DNA of 34,702 nucleotides from Candidatus Helarchaeota archaeon (lineage in GTDB: Archaea > Asgardarchaeota > Lokiarchaeia > Helarchaeales > RDOG01). A program made the translations under genes and the position numbers. Below the pieces are notes generated by a model that ran no database searches, had not been told where the DNA came from, and saw nothing but the letters and a program-made list of their open reading frames with translations. Location: assembly GCA_029838215.1 (NCBI GenBank), contig JALGVI010000026.1, positions 1 through 34,702 of the forward strand, in the 5' to 3' direction. Shown here one piece after another: positions 17,346 to 27,015 of the stretch (positions are counted from its first letter, which is position 1; every line of letters starts with the position of its first letter).

Positions 17346-19772
17346 TTAAAGGCTAGCAGCATAGAGAAAATTCATGGAATCGTCATAGATTTTATTGCAT
17401 GTTGTCTGATTATTATAGAAAGCGAGCGTATTTGTATTTAAGGGAGTATCGGGAAAGACAAAATCCGTTAATGGTCCAACCGTGAAGTATGATTGAACGA
17501 TTGGAATGAGAAGAATTTTTCCCGGATATGAATTGTTAAAAGCATTTAGCAAGTCATCATAATAATCAGGGTAAAGGGGAATTACCGTTTTTCCTCCTAC
17601 GGATATTTCATTGATCACTTGTAACGTTTGATATGGAGACCAAGTCACGCCTTCGATTAGATATTCGAGTCGAAAGTCTGCTGTGAAATAATATTCAATA
17701 TTTGGTTGATTTGCCATCCATTGCATCATGTTGTATTCAGAATTAGTGTTTGCTTGCAGATTTGGATACAAAGAATATGGTGCAAGGAATGTTAAAGGAA
17801 GTGCAGAACCGAGTACGATTCCAAAAGTAAATATCTTGATCAAAGTCTGGTGTCGTCGTTTGGTTAGAGACCGCCATGTCCCGACAATTAACATTGCCAT
17901 GAGAATCCCATTGAAATCATACATGATTTGAAGAATTCGACCAAAGTATGCATCGCCAACGAAAAATCCAAAGCATAATGTGAGATATACGTTGCCAAGC
18001 ATCGCCCCACATATGAACATTCCTTCAGGGCCTAGACGGTTATATGCCATTGCAAATCCCAAGAATATGACGAAAACAGAAATCAAGTGTATGTACACGA
18101 TCACTAGCAGGATGCCGAAATTAATGCTTGCCATGAACTCAGACATGACTGTCGTGCCCAGCAAGAGCCAGATAAATGGATTACCCAAGAAAATGATGAA
18201 TCCAGCGATCACAATCAAAGCACCTTTAGAATAATCAAAAAGAGGACCTCGTGGAATTGGATGCCGACGCAAGTGTAATTTAATGAAAACAGGAGTCATA
18301 ATGGTAATTAGTAAAAAGAGGAAGAAATAGAAAATTTTACCTAGGTCGAGAAAGAATGGAGCCTGAGAGGAAAAAGTACTGCTCGATAAACATCCTGTTG
18401 TAAATGAAAGAGAAATAGGTAGGAACGATAGCAGGGTATTGAAAAGAAGTCCTCCATAGAAATAGAGAGACCAGCCTCCATAAAAGATTATTCCTAAAGT
18501 AGAAGAAATTAGGAGAAATTTATTGTAATTCTTCGTGAAATATAAGAAAATATTAATGATCACGATCATGAAAATTAATGACGTGCTAGTGATGACATGA
18601 CTCATCGTCATGTACATGCAAAAGATTGTCATGAGTAAAGCGTCTTGCCATCTCGCTTCGTGTTTTGTCCTAATAAAAGCAAACAGTGTTAGGGGAATAA
18701 AAGCGTAAGAAATCATTTGGGGAGTAACCGAAGATGAATAGATCACGGAAAAAAAGCAAACGATAGAAGTGAAAAAGCAGCTCAGTACCAAGATTTTCTT
18801 ATCACGAGTAAGCCGATAAGCAAGAGCGGTAATGGCAATTATGCTAATGACTGAATTAAAAATATTAGTGATGTCAAAGGTTAGGAAAATGGAAGAACCT
18901 GTGATGTAAGAAACTCCAACCAACAACAGATATAACCCCGGAACATAGCCTTGGTAATAACCCGATTGGAATAGGAGAATACCGTCAGTCATGGCGACCC
19001 GAACTTGAGCATAATGAACCCATGGATCAAGAGGAAAGTTTATGGGGAAATTTGCTTGAAGCAAGGCGGTCCAAATCCGAATCAAGATACCTGTCAGGAA
19101 GGACAAGGCGAATAAGATTATTATATACCGGTTTCGCTTGAAATATTGAATGGAAGGAATTTTTTGATGGCTTGTTGGGGACCTCATTCGTAATAATAAA
19201 AGAATACTGCCCAGTATTAAGCTAATCAGCATTGCAAGATAATTAAAAAGTAGAGATAGACCAAAAATCGTAAAATTCAAGATAAAAAGCAAGATAACTG
19301 AAATAAAAATGCTGGCTCCAAAAGCAAAAACGAGTTGTTCTTCCGGGCGTATAGAGTGCTTCCAAAAAATTATGCTGGTGAAAAAGTATCCAGGAATAAA
19401 ATAGAAGAGCAAAAGACCCAGAGGGATGCGTATCGAAAGCAACAAATCGCCCAGATAAAACGAAAGAGAAAAAAATAATAAATACAATAAAATTCCAGAA
19501 AGGAGAAGCCAAACATCCAAATTTTGTATCAAGGCAGAAACAAAACGGTTTTTTTCACTAACGGGTTGTGAAGATATTGCATCAAGCTCTCCGTTTTGAA
19601 TCATCCTTCGAATTAAATTCTTCTTGATTTTGAGATTTGAAGAATCATCTTCTTCTAGGTGTTGTAAGATTTTATCAATGCTCAATGTCTGATGTTCTTT
19701 AAGCAGGGATATTATTTGGTTCTTAAGTTTAGCCTCGTTATTTGAGGTCGAGAATATTTTCTGACGAACCAT
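17346..19772 (-). CDS. Large polytopic membrane protein: N-terminal HTH-like segment + DUF1616-like TM module + GT-C-like glycosyltransferase region
   Basis: KNQIISLLKEHQTLSIDKILQHL (wHTH-like); RIPLGLLLFYFIPGY...EQLVFAFGAS (DUF1616-like); DPWVHY acidic loop after a TM; C-terminal soluble domain. Confidence 0.7.
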   Translation of the reverse strand: MVRQKIFSTSNNEAKLKNQIISLLKEHQTLSIDKILQHLEEDDSSNLKIKKNLIRRMIQNGELDAISSQPVSEKNRFVSALIQNLDVWLLLSGILLYLLFFSLSFYLGDLLLSIRIPLGLLLFYFIPGYFFTSIIFWKHSIRPEEQLVFAFGASIFISVILLFILNFTIFGLSLLFNYLAMLISLILGSILLLLRMRSPTSHQKIPSIQYFKRNRYIIILFALSFLTGILIRIWTALLQANFPINFPLDPWVHYAQVRVAMTDGILLFQSGYYQGYVPGLYLLLVGVSYITGSSIFLTFDITNIFNSVISIIAITALAYRLTRDKKILVLSCFFTSIVCFFSVIYSSSVTPQMISYAFIPLTLFAFIRTKHEARWQDALLMTIFCMYMTMSHVITSTSLIFMIVIINIFLYFTKNYNKFLLISSTLGIIFYGGWSLYFYGGLLFNTLLSFLPISLSFTTGCLSSSTFSSQAPFFLDLGKIFYFFLFLLITIMTPVFIKLHLRRHPIPRGPLFDYSKGALIVIAGFIIFLGNPFIWLLLGTTVMSEFMASINFGILLVIVYIHLISVFVIFLGFAMAYNRLGPEGMFICGAMLGNVYLTLCFGFFVGDAYFGRILQIMYDFNGILMAMLIVGTWRSLTKRRHQTLIKIFTFGIVLGSALPLTFLAPYSLYPNLQANTNSEYNMMQWMANQPNIEYYFTADFRLEYLIEGVTWSPYQTLQVINEISVGGKTVIPLYPDYYDDLLNAFNNSYPGKILLIPIVQSYFTVGPLTDFVFPDTPLNTNTLAFYNNQTTCNKIYDDSMNFLYAASL

Positions 19773-19870
19773 TAGAACATCAATCCTTGGAGCAGGCTCT
19801 TTTCATGCTATCCGATCATGTTTGTTTTTAAATTATTCTTTTCCTAAAAAAACCTTTTTTAATAATATTT

Positions 19871-20287
19871 ATGATAAGGAACAAAAAGCCTGTGGTGCGA
19901 GCGATTCAGGTCGAGGAATTTTTTCAAATTGCAGAGCGGCTTCAGGAAGAAGCGGATGAATTATTGTTGGAAGGCGATCTCCGGATGGCAGCGGAGAAAT
20001 CTTGGCAAGCAGCATTAAATGCAACAAATGGTTTTATTCTAGCAAAGATAGGGAAAGTTCCAGAAAGAATTTTGGAAACCACGATGAAATTTCACGAACT
20101 CTCGATGGAGATCTCTCAGCTCGACGAACAGGGACTCGTGGATGCCTTTCATGCAAGTTATGACTACCTCCACGGTGATGTATACCATCTTAAAGAGACG
20201 GGATTGAAGGAAGACATTCAAAAGAGAATTGGGAAAAATGCAAGTTATATCAAGAAATTGAGTGATCTTCTCATCACGATTAAATGA
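19871..20287 (+). CDS. PaREP1/HEPN-like family protein
   Basis: EEADELLLEGDLRMAAEKSWQAA...YLHGDVYH pattern typical of PaREP1. Confidence 0.75.
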   Translation: MIRNKKPVVRAIQVEEFFQIAERLQEEADELLLEGDLRMAAEKSWQAALNATNGFILAKIGKVPERILETTMKFHELSMEISQLDEQGLVDAFHASYDYLHGDVYHLKETGLKEDIQKRIGKNASYIKKLSDLLITIK

Positions 20288-20836
20288 TCATTCTCGTTTT
20301 AGCCCTTTTTTGATGTAATATAATTCTAAATAGGAGAAACGCTCAAGTTGTTTCTTCCCAATGCCCCATTCCTCTAATTTTGAAAGAATTTGGTTTCGTT
20401 TGGGTTTATATTCTTCCAAGCTGGGAGCATTCATTTCAATTTCAATAAAACTTCCAACGTCTTTGACATCATCAAGGGAAACGGTCATGTCGTTCAAATT
20501 GAATAATTTTCGAGTTTTCTCCACTGCAGGGACCGGGATGAAATCCAGACGCACGAGAATCTCGTGTAATAAATCAGGCTTTTTGATTTCTACTTCAATT
20601 TCTTCACGACTTTTTGATTTGCGATCAAGTTTTGGTCCTTTATACGTGAGTATTGCCCTGTTTCCTTCGTTTCGAATGCGGATTGCTTCATCAGTTTTAG
20701 CAAAATTTCGTTTGGGATGCTTAAAATAAGTATCTTTTTGATAGACTGTTTTCACGTAGACGGCACCATCAGCAATGATCTTTTGCTCGATTGTTGAGAG
20801 ATCATCGACGTGAGCTTTGATTTCGACTTCAATCAT
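20288..20836 (-). CDS. cyaB: Class IV adenylate cyclase-like CYTH protein (start ATG 20836)
   Basis: MIEVEIK (ExExK), QKDTYF, DEAIRIR, TYKGPK, SLDDVKDVGSFIEIE, SYLEL. Confidence 0.93.
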   Translation of the reverse strand: MIEVEIKAHVDDLSTIEQKIIADGAVYVKTVYQKDTYFKHPKRNFAKTDEAIRIRNEGNRAILTYKGPKLDRKSKSREEIEVEIKKPDLLHEILVRLDFIPVPAVEKTRKLFNLNDMTVSLDDVKDVGSFIEIEMNAPSLEEYKPKRNQILSKLEEWGIGKKQLERFSYLELYYIKKGLKRE

Positions 20837-20875
20837 TTTTTGGACCTCGATATCAGAAAGAGTGAAAAGAATTAG

Positions 20876-20982
20876 TGGACCTGGCGGGCTTGTCGTCTCA
20901 ATGGAGAAAGATCCGTTGAAATATCGATCCCGCGACCTCCTCGATGCCAACGAGGTGCGCTACCAGACTGCGCTACAGGCCC
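20876..20982 (-). tRNA. tRNA-Ala(GGC) with a 33-nt intron at 59/60 (intron 20890-20922); CCA not encoded
   Basis: Acceptor GGGCCTG/CAGGTCC with G3:U70 and A73; anticodon stem CCTCG/CGAGG, loop TTGGCAT; T-stem GCGGG/CCCGC; BHB with bulges ATA and AAG, central helix ATCG/CGAC, intron stem TTTCAA/TTGAGA. Confidence 0.93.
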
Positions 20983-21040
20983 TTCAAATACAAAGAAGAA
21001 GCGGATAACTATTATCAACTCATGAGTTGAAAGAGGAAAT

Positions 21041-21229
21041 TTATTTGCGGCGAATGCCATTAACCTTTTTGTTTTGCCAGTTATTGCGCCTCATTCGAGA
21101 AGTTCTTCCAAATCCGCAAGCAGCACAAATACGATGACGCACGTGATATGCTTTCCGTCCACACCGCCTGCAAAAGATATGCGTTGGATGCTTATTTCGT
21201 TTTCCTTGAGAGGGGGTGCCTTTCGTCAT
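21041..21229 (-). CDS. rpl37e: 50S ribosomal protein L37e
   Basis: [17 protein letters not shown]...CAACGFG. Confidence 0.98.
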   Translation of the reverse strand: MTKGTPSQGKRNKHPTHIFCRRCGRKAYHVRHRICAACGFGRTSRMRRNNWQNKKVNGIRRK

Positions 21230-21244
21230 TTTTCAGGTTTCTCC

Positions 21245-21502
21245 TTATTCGATGTTCACACGGGGAGGACTAATAATTATGACGTTGTCGCCTCGCACGA
21301 TTATAGTTCCCAAAAGTTTGACTTCATTTTCTTCGTAGCTAACTACTTCTTCAGCAGCTTCTAAGACGAGGTTCATATGTTGGTCGAATCCTCGGAGCTT
21401 GCCTCGCAATTCTCGGCCACCTTTTAATTTAATGAGGACTCGCTGATCCAAGCTCTTATTCAATAATCCAAGTGGTTTTTGCGTGCCTAACAAATCTTTC
21501 AC
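21245..21502 (-). CDS. lsm: Sm-like (Lsm/SmAP) protein (start may be the TTG at 21493)
   Basis: [26 protein letters not shown] and IIVRGDNVI (Sm1 and Sm2 motifs); adjacent to rpl37e. Confidence 0.96.
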   Translation of the reverse strand: MKDLLGTQKPLGLLNKSLDQRVLIKLKGGRELRGKLRGFDQHMNLVLEAAEEVVSYEENEVKLLGTIIVRGDNVIIISPPRVNIE

Positions 21503-21657
21503 CTAATATTGTTGTATTCTTATTTAAGAAAAGCACAACATTTCATATATGAGCCACAAATCGATAAAACGAAAATATTTCTTTTTATCTTTTGTGTGAT
21601 GAGGTTAATATTCTTAATGATCTTTTAAATTTTTTCTAATTTAGAATGTCGTTTTTT

Positions 21658-22212
21658 TTAGCCCTTCAGTGCTTCGTGGAGCGATTCAACTGCTTGATAT
21701 AATTTATCACCTACGACGTGAAGATTTTTTATGACCTTTCCTTTATTTACTTGCTTGATCTTGCTTGCATCTTCTAATAATTGACCAATAGCAATGGGTT
21801 TATTAAAATTCTCGTCCACAATTTTCACGATGTTTCCTTTCTTAAGATCATCACTCAATTTGTTTTTTAGGATTCCAGGCGCCATGATGTCAGCACCATT
21901 TACAATGAATTTTATGGCCCCCATGTCAACGGTGACCTGAGCCAAATCAATTTTTTCATTGATAACTGCAAAAAGAGTAGGAATGAGTAAATCGTTTAAT
22001 TTTAGGAAGTAAGAAACATTATTTAGGAGATATAGAAGCGTGCCATCGGTAAATTCGACCAATTCGATCTTAATTTTGTTTTTTAGTGCAGTATCCAAGT
22101 CAAATTGGTATGAGTGCTCTTGAATTTCAGCTTTAAGCTCACGAATTTTTTTCGAACGAATGAAATGTCGATTTTTTACTTTCAAACTCAATTTCAAAGG
22201 CACTTCCGTCAT
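21658..22212 (-). CDS. DUF1947/PUA-domain RNA-binding protein (MCT-1/Tma20-like)
   Basis: KNRHFIR, LIPTL, VTVDMGAIKFIVNGADIMAPGI, GKVIKNLHVVGD. Confidence 0.9.
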   Translation of the reverse strand: MTEVPLKLSLKVKNRHFIRSKKIRELKAEIQEHSYQFDLDTALKNKIKIELVEFTDGTLLYLLNNVSYFLKLNDLLIPTLFAVINEKIDLAQVTVDMGAIKFIVNGADIMAPGILKNKLSDDLKKGNIVKIVDENFNKPIAIGQLLEDASKIKQVNKGKVIKNLHVVGDKLYQAVESLHEALKG

Positions 22213-22297
22213 TTTGCGAGATAATACCCTGATGACATACAGGCTCTTTAACTTGCATTAGTTTAAAAGAGTTATCCATGAATAAAATAAGGAGTAT

Positions 22298-22672
22298 TTG
22301 AAAATGCATTTTCGGGATGTTTTAAAGATAGGAACGAAGAAGAAAAAAGAAAAATTGTTTGAGAATTTTCGCACGGATGCTGTAATAAAACGCATGGGCT
22401 TGCGATATATCAAGATGATGCCGTTGACAGGTCTTGGCGACGTAAAAGGAATAACGGAAGAATTAAATCAAGGAAATATCGTCATTTTAAACCTGAAGCA
22501 TTTTCTTTCACGATCAGGTGCCATGAACATCGAGCTTAAACGAGCAGTTCAACAACTAGCCTTTCACGTGAAGTCGGTACAAGGAGACATCGGACAATTA
22601 GGCGAGCATTACGTGGTTGTGGCACCAGATTCATCAGTCAAGATCTTTAAAGAGACATCGAGTAAATCTTGA
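22298..22672 (+). CDS. sepF: SepF-like cell division protein
   Basis: GITEELNQGNIVILNL...ELKRAVQQL...GDIGQLGEHYVVVAP. Confidence 0.8.
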   Translation: MKMHFRDVLKIGTKKKKEKLFENFRTDAVIKRMGLRYIKMMPLTGLGDVKGITEELNQGNIVILNLKHFLSRSGAMNIELKRAVQQLAFHVKSVQGDIGQLGEHYVVVAPDSSVKIFKETSSKS

Positions 22673-22683
22673 ATTTTTAGGAT

Positions 22684-24600
22684 TTATTTTAACCGAACCG
22701 CTTCCAAGTTGAAAGGTGCACGCGTTTCCACCCGAGAAACTTTATGAAGAGCACTTGCTAATGCAATGCATTTGGACTCTTCACCATGAACCGTAAGTAT
22801 GCGTTCGGGTTTTGGGTGCATTTTTCTCAAATATTCAATGAGTTGTTGCCTTGAAGAGTGTCCGGAGAACCCTTCATTCGTAAAAATTTTCATGTTTACT
22901 TTGACAGGGCGAACCTTTCCATCTTCATCTTTCAATGGGATTTCACGATATCCCTTCTGGATTCGGCGTCCCAGGGTTCCTTCGACCTGATAGCTTACAA
23001 AAATTAACGTGTTTTTCTCATTTTGGGCCAACATTCGGAAATATTCAACGCTTGGTCCTCCGTTTAACATGCCACTTGTTGCAAGGATCACGCAAGGTTC
23101 TCCTTTTACAATTTCAGGTCGGATTGTTGAACCATCAACGATCTTGAATGCTTCAGAAAGAAATGGATTGTGTCCCTGATGGAAGATCATGTCTTTTAGA
23201 TCGTGTGAGAGATATTCGGGATGCGTTGTATGTATTGCAGTGGCCTCAGAAATCATGCCATCAATATACACGGGGACTTCAGTCAAGATACGTCGTTGCA
23301 TGAATTCCTCCAGAGTGATGATAAGTTCCTGAGCTCTTCCAACAGCAAGCACGGGTATGAGGACTTTTCCACCACGCTTGACCGTGAAATTAATTTTTTC
23401 CACGAGTTGGCGTTCGGCTTCTCGCCTTGAGGGTTGGCTATCTGAAGGTCCACCATAAGTGCTTTCCAAGATGAGTGTTTCTATTCGAGGGAAAGAACAA
23501 GTTGCAGGTTCTAATAAGCGAGTTTTTGCAAATTTAAAGTCTCCAGTATATGCTAAATTATACATTCCATCATTAATGTGCAAGTGAACGATTGCAGAAC
23601 CTAAAATATGTCCTGCATTGTGAAGCGTCAAACGAACATCAGGAGCGATATCTGTTACTTCTTGATATTCAAGCGGAATCGTGTGAAGAACCATTTTCTT
23701 TATGTCTTTTTGACTGTATGGAGACACCTTTCCTTCTCTCTCCGAGATGTCAAGGTAGTCAATCTGTAATAGAGTCATTAGGTTCCTCGTGGCTTTTGTC
23801 GTGTAAACAGGACCTCGAAATCCGTATTTGTAAAGGAATGGTATGAAGCCATGATGATCGAGATGAGCGTGAGAAACGATAACAGCATCCAGATCCTCTA
23901 TGTTAAACTCCGGGAGGTCAAGTTTTGGATAGAAATTATTGCTATTTCCAACATTTACACCACAGTCCATTAAGACATTGCTTTCAGGAGTTTGAATTAG
24001 GAAGCATGACCTGCCGACTTCTCGGGCACCTCCAAATGAACATAATCGAATCCAGTATCCGCGTTCTTCCTTCAGATACAAGGGACGATGGATGCGAGCT
24101 CCAATATTCTTTAGTATTTTTTTCCGTTCCATGCTCCCTTTCTGAAGGACATCACGAATGCCGTCAATCATTCGACTTTGAAGAGGTGGTGTTCGCACGA
24201 CAGAAGGTCGCCACAGCACGGTTCTCGTGATTTCTTTTAATGTTGTACCATTTCTTCCAATGACAAGACCGGGTTTTTTGGCTTCAATTATGACTTCACC
24301 GACATTATGATCAAATTTGATATCAGTAACGCCAGCTTTTTCAGGACATAGTTCGTGAATGATTTTTTTTGTTTCTTCTTCTTCCATTCGCACGCTTGGG
24401 TCAGACCTGATCACGATTCGCTTTCTAATTAGTTTTGCTAATTCCTTGATTGTTTCACGAAAATCTATGAGAACGCGTGGATTTTTTGAATAGATGGCGA
24501 TCTCCGGTCCTTCAAACTCGATTTGAGTAACTTCAGATTTGGGTGGAATATTTTTTAAAATATATTGTTTTAATTCATCTAATACGGCTTGAGAATACAT
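22684..24600 (-). CDS. fttA: Beta-CASP ribonuclease aCPSF1 / transcription termination factor FttA
   Basis: N-terminal KH domains; GGAREVGRS; SHAHLDH; AGHILGS; GFSGHS; VHGE. Confidence 0.97.
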   Translation of the reverse strand: MYSQAVLDELKQYILKNIPPKSEVTQIEFEGPEIAIYSKNPRVLIDFRETIKELAKLIRKRIVIRSDPSVRMEEEETKKIIHELCPEKAGVTDIKFDHNVGEVIIEAKKPGLVIGRNGTTLKEITRTVLWRPSVVRTPPLQSRMIDGIRDVLQKGSMERKKILKNIGARIHRPLYLKEERGYWIRLCSFGGAREVGRSCFLIQTPESNVLMDCGVNVGNSNNFYPKLDLPEFNIEDLDAVIVSHAHLDHHGFIPFLYKYGFRGPVYTTKATRNLMTLLQIDYLDISEREGKVSPYSQKDIKKMVLHTIPLEYQEVTDIAPDVRLTLHNAGHILGSAIVHLHINDGMYNLAYTGDFKFAKTRLLEPATCSFPRIETLILESTYGGPSDSQPSRREAERQLVEKINFTVKRGGKVLIPVLAVGRAQELIITLEEFMQRRILTEVPVYIDGMISEATAIHTTHPEYLSHDLKDMIFHQGHNPFLSEAFKIVDGSTIRPEIVKGEPCVILATSGMLNGGPSVEYFRMLAQNEKNTLIFVSYQVEGTLGRRIQKGYREIPLKDEDGKVRPVKVNMKIFTNEGFSGHSSRQQLIEYLRKMHPKPERILTVHGEESKCIALASALHKVSRVETRAPFNLEAVRLK

Positions 24601-24654
24601 TAAGATGTCTCCTGCGACAAGGAATACACTAGTTCTCCATTAAAGATGCAAGAA

Positions 24655-25335
24655 TTAAGTGGAAGTTGTGATTTCTCTGTTGGATTGTTTCAATTCTTCT
24701 AAAATTTCTTTTTCTGGGACTTCATGATAGCCATTCTTATCAATATATACAATATCAATACCATTTCCAGATCCAATATCTCGTTCTATGGCTGTACGGA
24801 CAGCATAAATTGCCAGAGTAATTGCATCCTTAATAATCATATCGGGTTTATATCCGTCTTCAAGAACAGCTATTGCAAACGTGGTTCCTGATCCCGTGGC
24901 GGTAACAGTTGTTTCTTCTATCAATGAACCAACAGGATCAAGAGAAAACACTCTAGCGCCAGATTTATCGAATCCTCCAATAAGAGATTGCGCATAGTAA
25001 GGGAACCAACGCCTTTCAAATAATATATTTGAAAAAAGTTGTGCGGCGGCCGCAACGGGTATTGGTTTTGGGTTCGGAATCCCGTGGTTTAAAGCATAAA
25101 GATTGCATTCAGCACTCATTATATCGACTAGTTGTTGTGCATCTGCAACAACCCCAGCAGTAGTCATGGCAATATGATCAACTATCTTATAGACTTTCTT
25201 CACGTGTTTATGAGCTACATAATAACCTTCAGTTGCACGTCGGTCAGTTCCGAAAACCACACCGTCCTTGCACGTGATTGCAATGGTGGTGGTTCCCGTG
25301 TGCTTTCCAAGAGTTGTTTTGGAATTAAGAATCAT
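24655..25335 (-). CDS. psmB: Proteasome subunit beta
   Basis: 14-residue propeptide ending in G before TTT; DRRAT; GVVADAQ; ATGSG; RDIGSG. Confidence 0.97.
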   Translation of the reverse strand: MILNSKTTLGKHTGTTTIAITCKDGVVFGTDRRATEGYYVAHKHVKKVYKIVDHIAMTTAGVVADAQQLVDIMSAECNLYALNHGIPNPKPIPVAAAAQLFSNILFERRWFPYYAQSLIGGFDKSGARVFSLDPVGSLIEETTVTATGSGTTFAIAVLEDGYKPDMIIKDAITLAIYAVRTAIERDIGSGNGIDIVYIDKNGYHEVPEKEILEELKQSNREITTST

Positions 25336-25591
25336 TACAAATTAACCTCAGTTCCAGTGAGTTTTTGAAAAACTTCAAAGAATTTTATATGAAGTAATAG
25401 ACCTCAAAAAGAAAATTTTAGAAAGAGGCAAGAGATCCTTCATAAAAACACAATTTAAACTTTATTGTCATACTACAAGAGAAGCTGTTTTACCGAAGAA
25501 GGATGCACGAATAAACAGTATCATGTCATCATGATGAAGTTCAATACAATAAAGAGCACAATACAGTATTATCATTAATCATTTAGGAGTT

Positions 25592-26041
25592 GTGAATTTG
25601 GACGGCATTATTACGATGATTTATTTCAAACAGGCTAAAATAGGTTATCAATTTCAGCACATTGGGGAATCAAAGGCCTGTAAAAGCTGCAAGTTATACA
25701 AGGCTTGTATTAAAAATCTTAAACTAAAAGCCATTTATGAGGTAATTGAAGTCAGGAACAAGATACACTATTGTCCTTTGATTGATGATGACGTGAAAGT
25801 TGTTAAAGTCAAGGAACTTCCCATCGATACTTATATTGACAGCAGCTCTGCATTTGAAGGAGCCATTATTACTTATCGTGGTCACGATTGTTCGGAAGAA
25901 AACTGTCCCCATCATGAAAAATGTTTTGATGAGAGGTTAGTAAGGGGCAGAAAGTACAAGATTTTGAAGATTATAGAAAACAAAAAGGTTCAATGTTTGA
26001 AAGGAAAGGCGTTAAAATTAGTTAAATTGAAAATAATTTAG
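25592..26041 (+). CDS. UPF0179 family protein
   Basis: ITMI...AKIGYQF, CKSCKLYKAC, YEVIEVR, HYCP, C-x4-CPHHEKC. Confidence 0.85.
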   Translation: MNLDGIITMIYFKQAKIGYQFQHIGESKACKSCKLYKACIKNLKLKAIYEVIEVRNKIHYCPLIDDDVKVVKVKELPIDTYIDSSSAFEGAIITYRGHDCSEENCPHHEKCFDERLVRGRKYKILKIIENKKVQCLKGKALKLVKLKII

Positions 26042-26139
26042 CTTTATTTCCATTCTGTGTAATACCAGAAGAATTTAAAATATTCGATGGATTCTACAAA
26101 TTAAGATTTTAATTTATCATGAGATGTGAAGTGACATAA

Positions 26140-27015
26140 ATGGGAAAAGCAAAGAAAGCCAAAAAACCCAAAAAAACAATAGAAACCACTTCAACAGATA
26201 CTAGCCCATCTACGTCAGGAAAGACCATTTCAGTCGGAGATAAAATTCTGATTAATACGGTCATAAAGAAGGCAGAAAATGGCGAAGTGATTGACACGAC
26301 TCTAAAAGACCTTGCCCAAAAAGCAGGAATTTTTGACGAAAGGCATAGATATGGACCGCAATTCATCGTAGTTGGAGAGAAATTCGTGTTCGATGAAGTC
26401 GATCACAAGCTTACTGAGATGAAAGTCGGAGAGAAACGAGAATTTGAACTCGAGAATCCCTTTGGGAAAAGAGATCCAAAGAATATAAAAATGTATTCGA
26501 TTCGAGAGTTCAAGAGAGCAAATATTGACGTCAAAAAAAGCATGGGAAGACGAGTCACTTTTAAGGGGCGTTCGGGTTACATCATAAGTGAACGTGGTGG
26601 ACGGGTTCGAATTGACTACAATCATCCCTTAGCCGATCAGAAGATCCTTTTTGAAGTAGAAATCGTAAAAAAACTCGAAGATCAACAGGAGCTCGTGAAC
26701 CAAATCCTTGAGATGAATTTTCAGGGAATTAATTTGGAAAAAGTCGAGATTAATTTTGAGGAGAAGAAAATTTCCATCAAGCTTCCGATGGAAGTGGCAT
26801 TGCAACAAAATGCGGCTTACGGCAAGTTCGGTGTATATCGATACATCACGGAGTACTTAAAGGATATTGAAGAAATCGAATTCAGAGAGGTTTTTACCAG
26901 GGATTTCATGAAACCGCCAGCATCCGATACCGAAACATCCGAAAAACCCTCCGAATCCTCAGAAACATCTGCAGAATCAGAAAATGACAAAAAACAAGGC
27001 GACGAATCTTCTTAA
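26140..27015 (+). CDS. slyD: FKBP-type peptidyl-prolyl isomerase (long archaeal SlyD-like type)
   Basis: VIDTT, PFGKRDP, GRVRIDYNHPLAD, acidic C-terminal domain. Confidence 0.92.
   Translation: MGKAKKAKKPKKTIETTSTDTSPSTSGKTISVGDKILINTVIKKAENGEVIDTTLKDLAQKAGIFDERHRYGPQFIVVGEKFVFDEVDHKLTEMKVGEKREFELENPFGKRDPKNIKMYSIREFKRANIDVKKSMGRRVTFKGRSGYIISERGGRVRIDYNHPLADQKILFEVEIVKKLEDQQELVNQILEMNFQGINLEKVEINFEEKKISIKLPMEVALQQNAAYGKFGVYRYITEYLKDIEEIEFREVFTRDFMKPPASDTETSEKPSESSETSAESENDKKQGDESS

Noticed and set aside
20837-20950. ORF-track N-terminal extension of cyaB and the 62-aa ORF 20872-21060
   Set aside because: Both read through the tRNA-Ala gene; the CYTH ExExK motif starts at ATG 20836.
25526-25537. 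Palindrome TCATCATGATGA containing a box C-like ATGATGA
   Set aside because: No matching box D or terminal stem nearby; AT-rich palindromes are expected by chance; at most a weak operator candidate.
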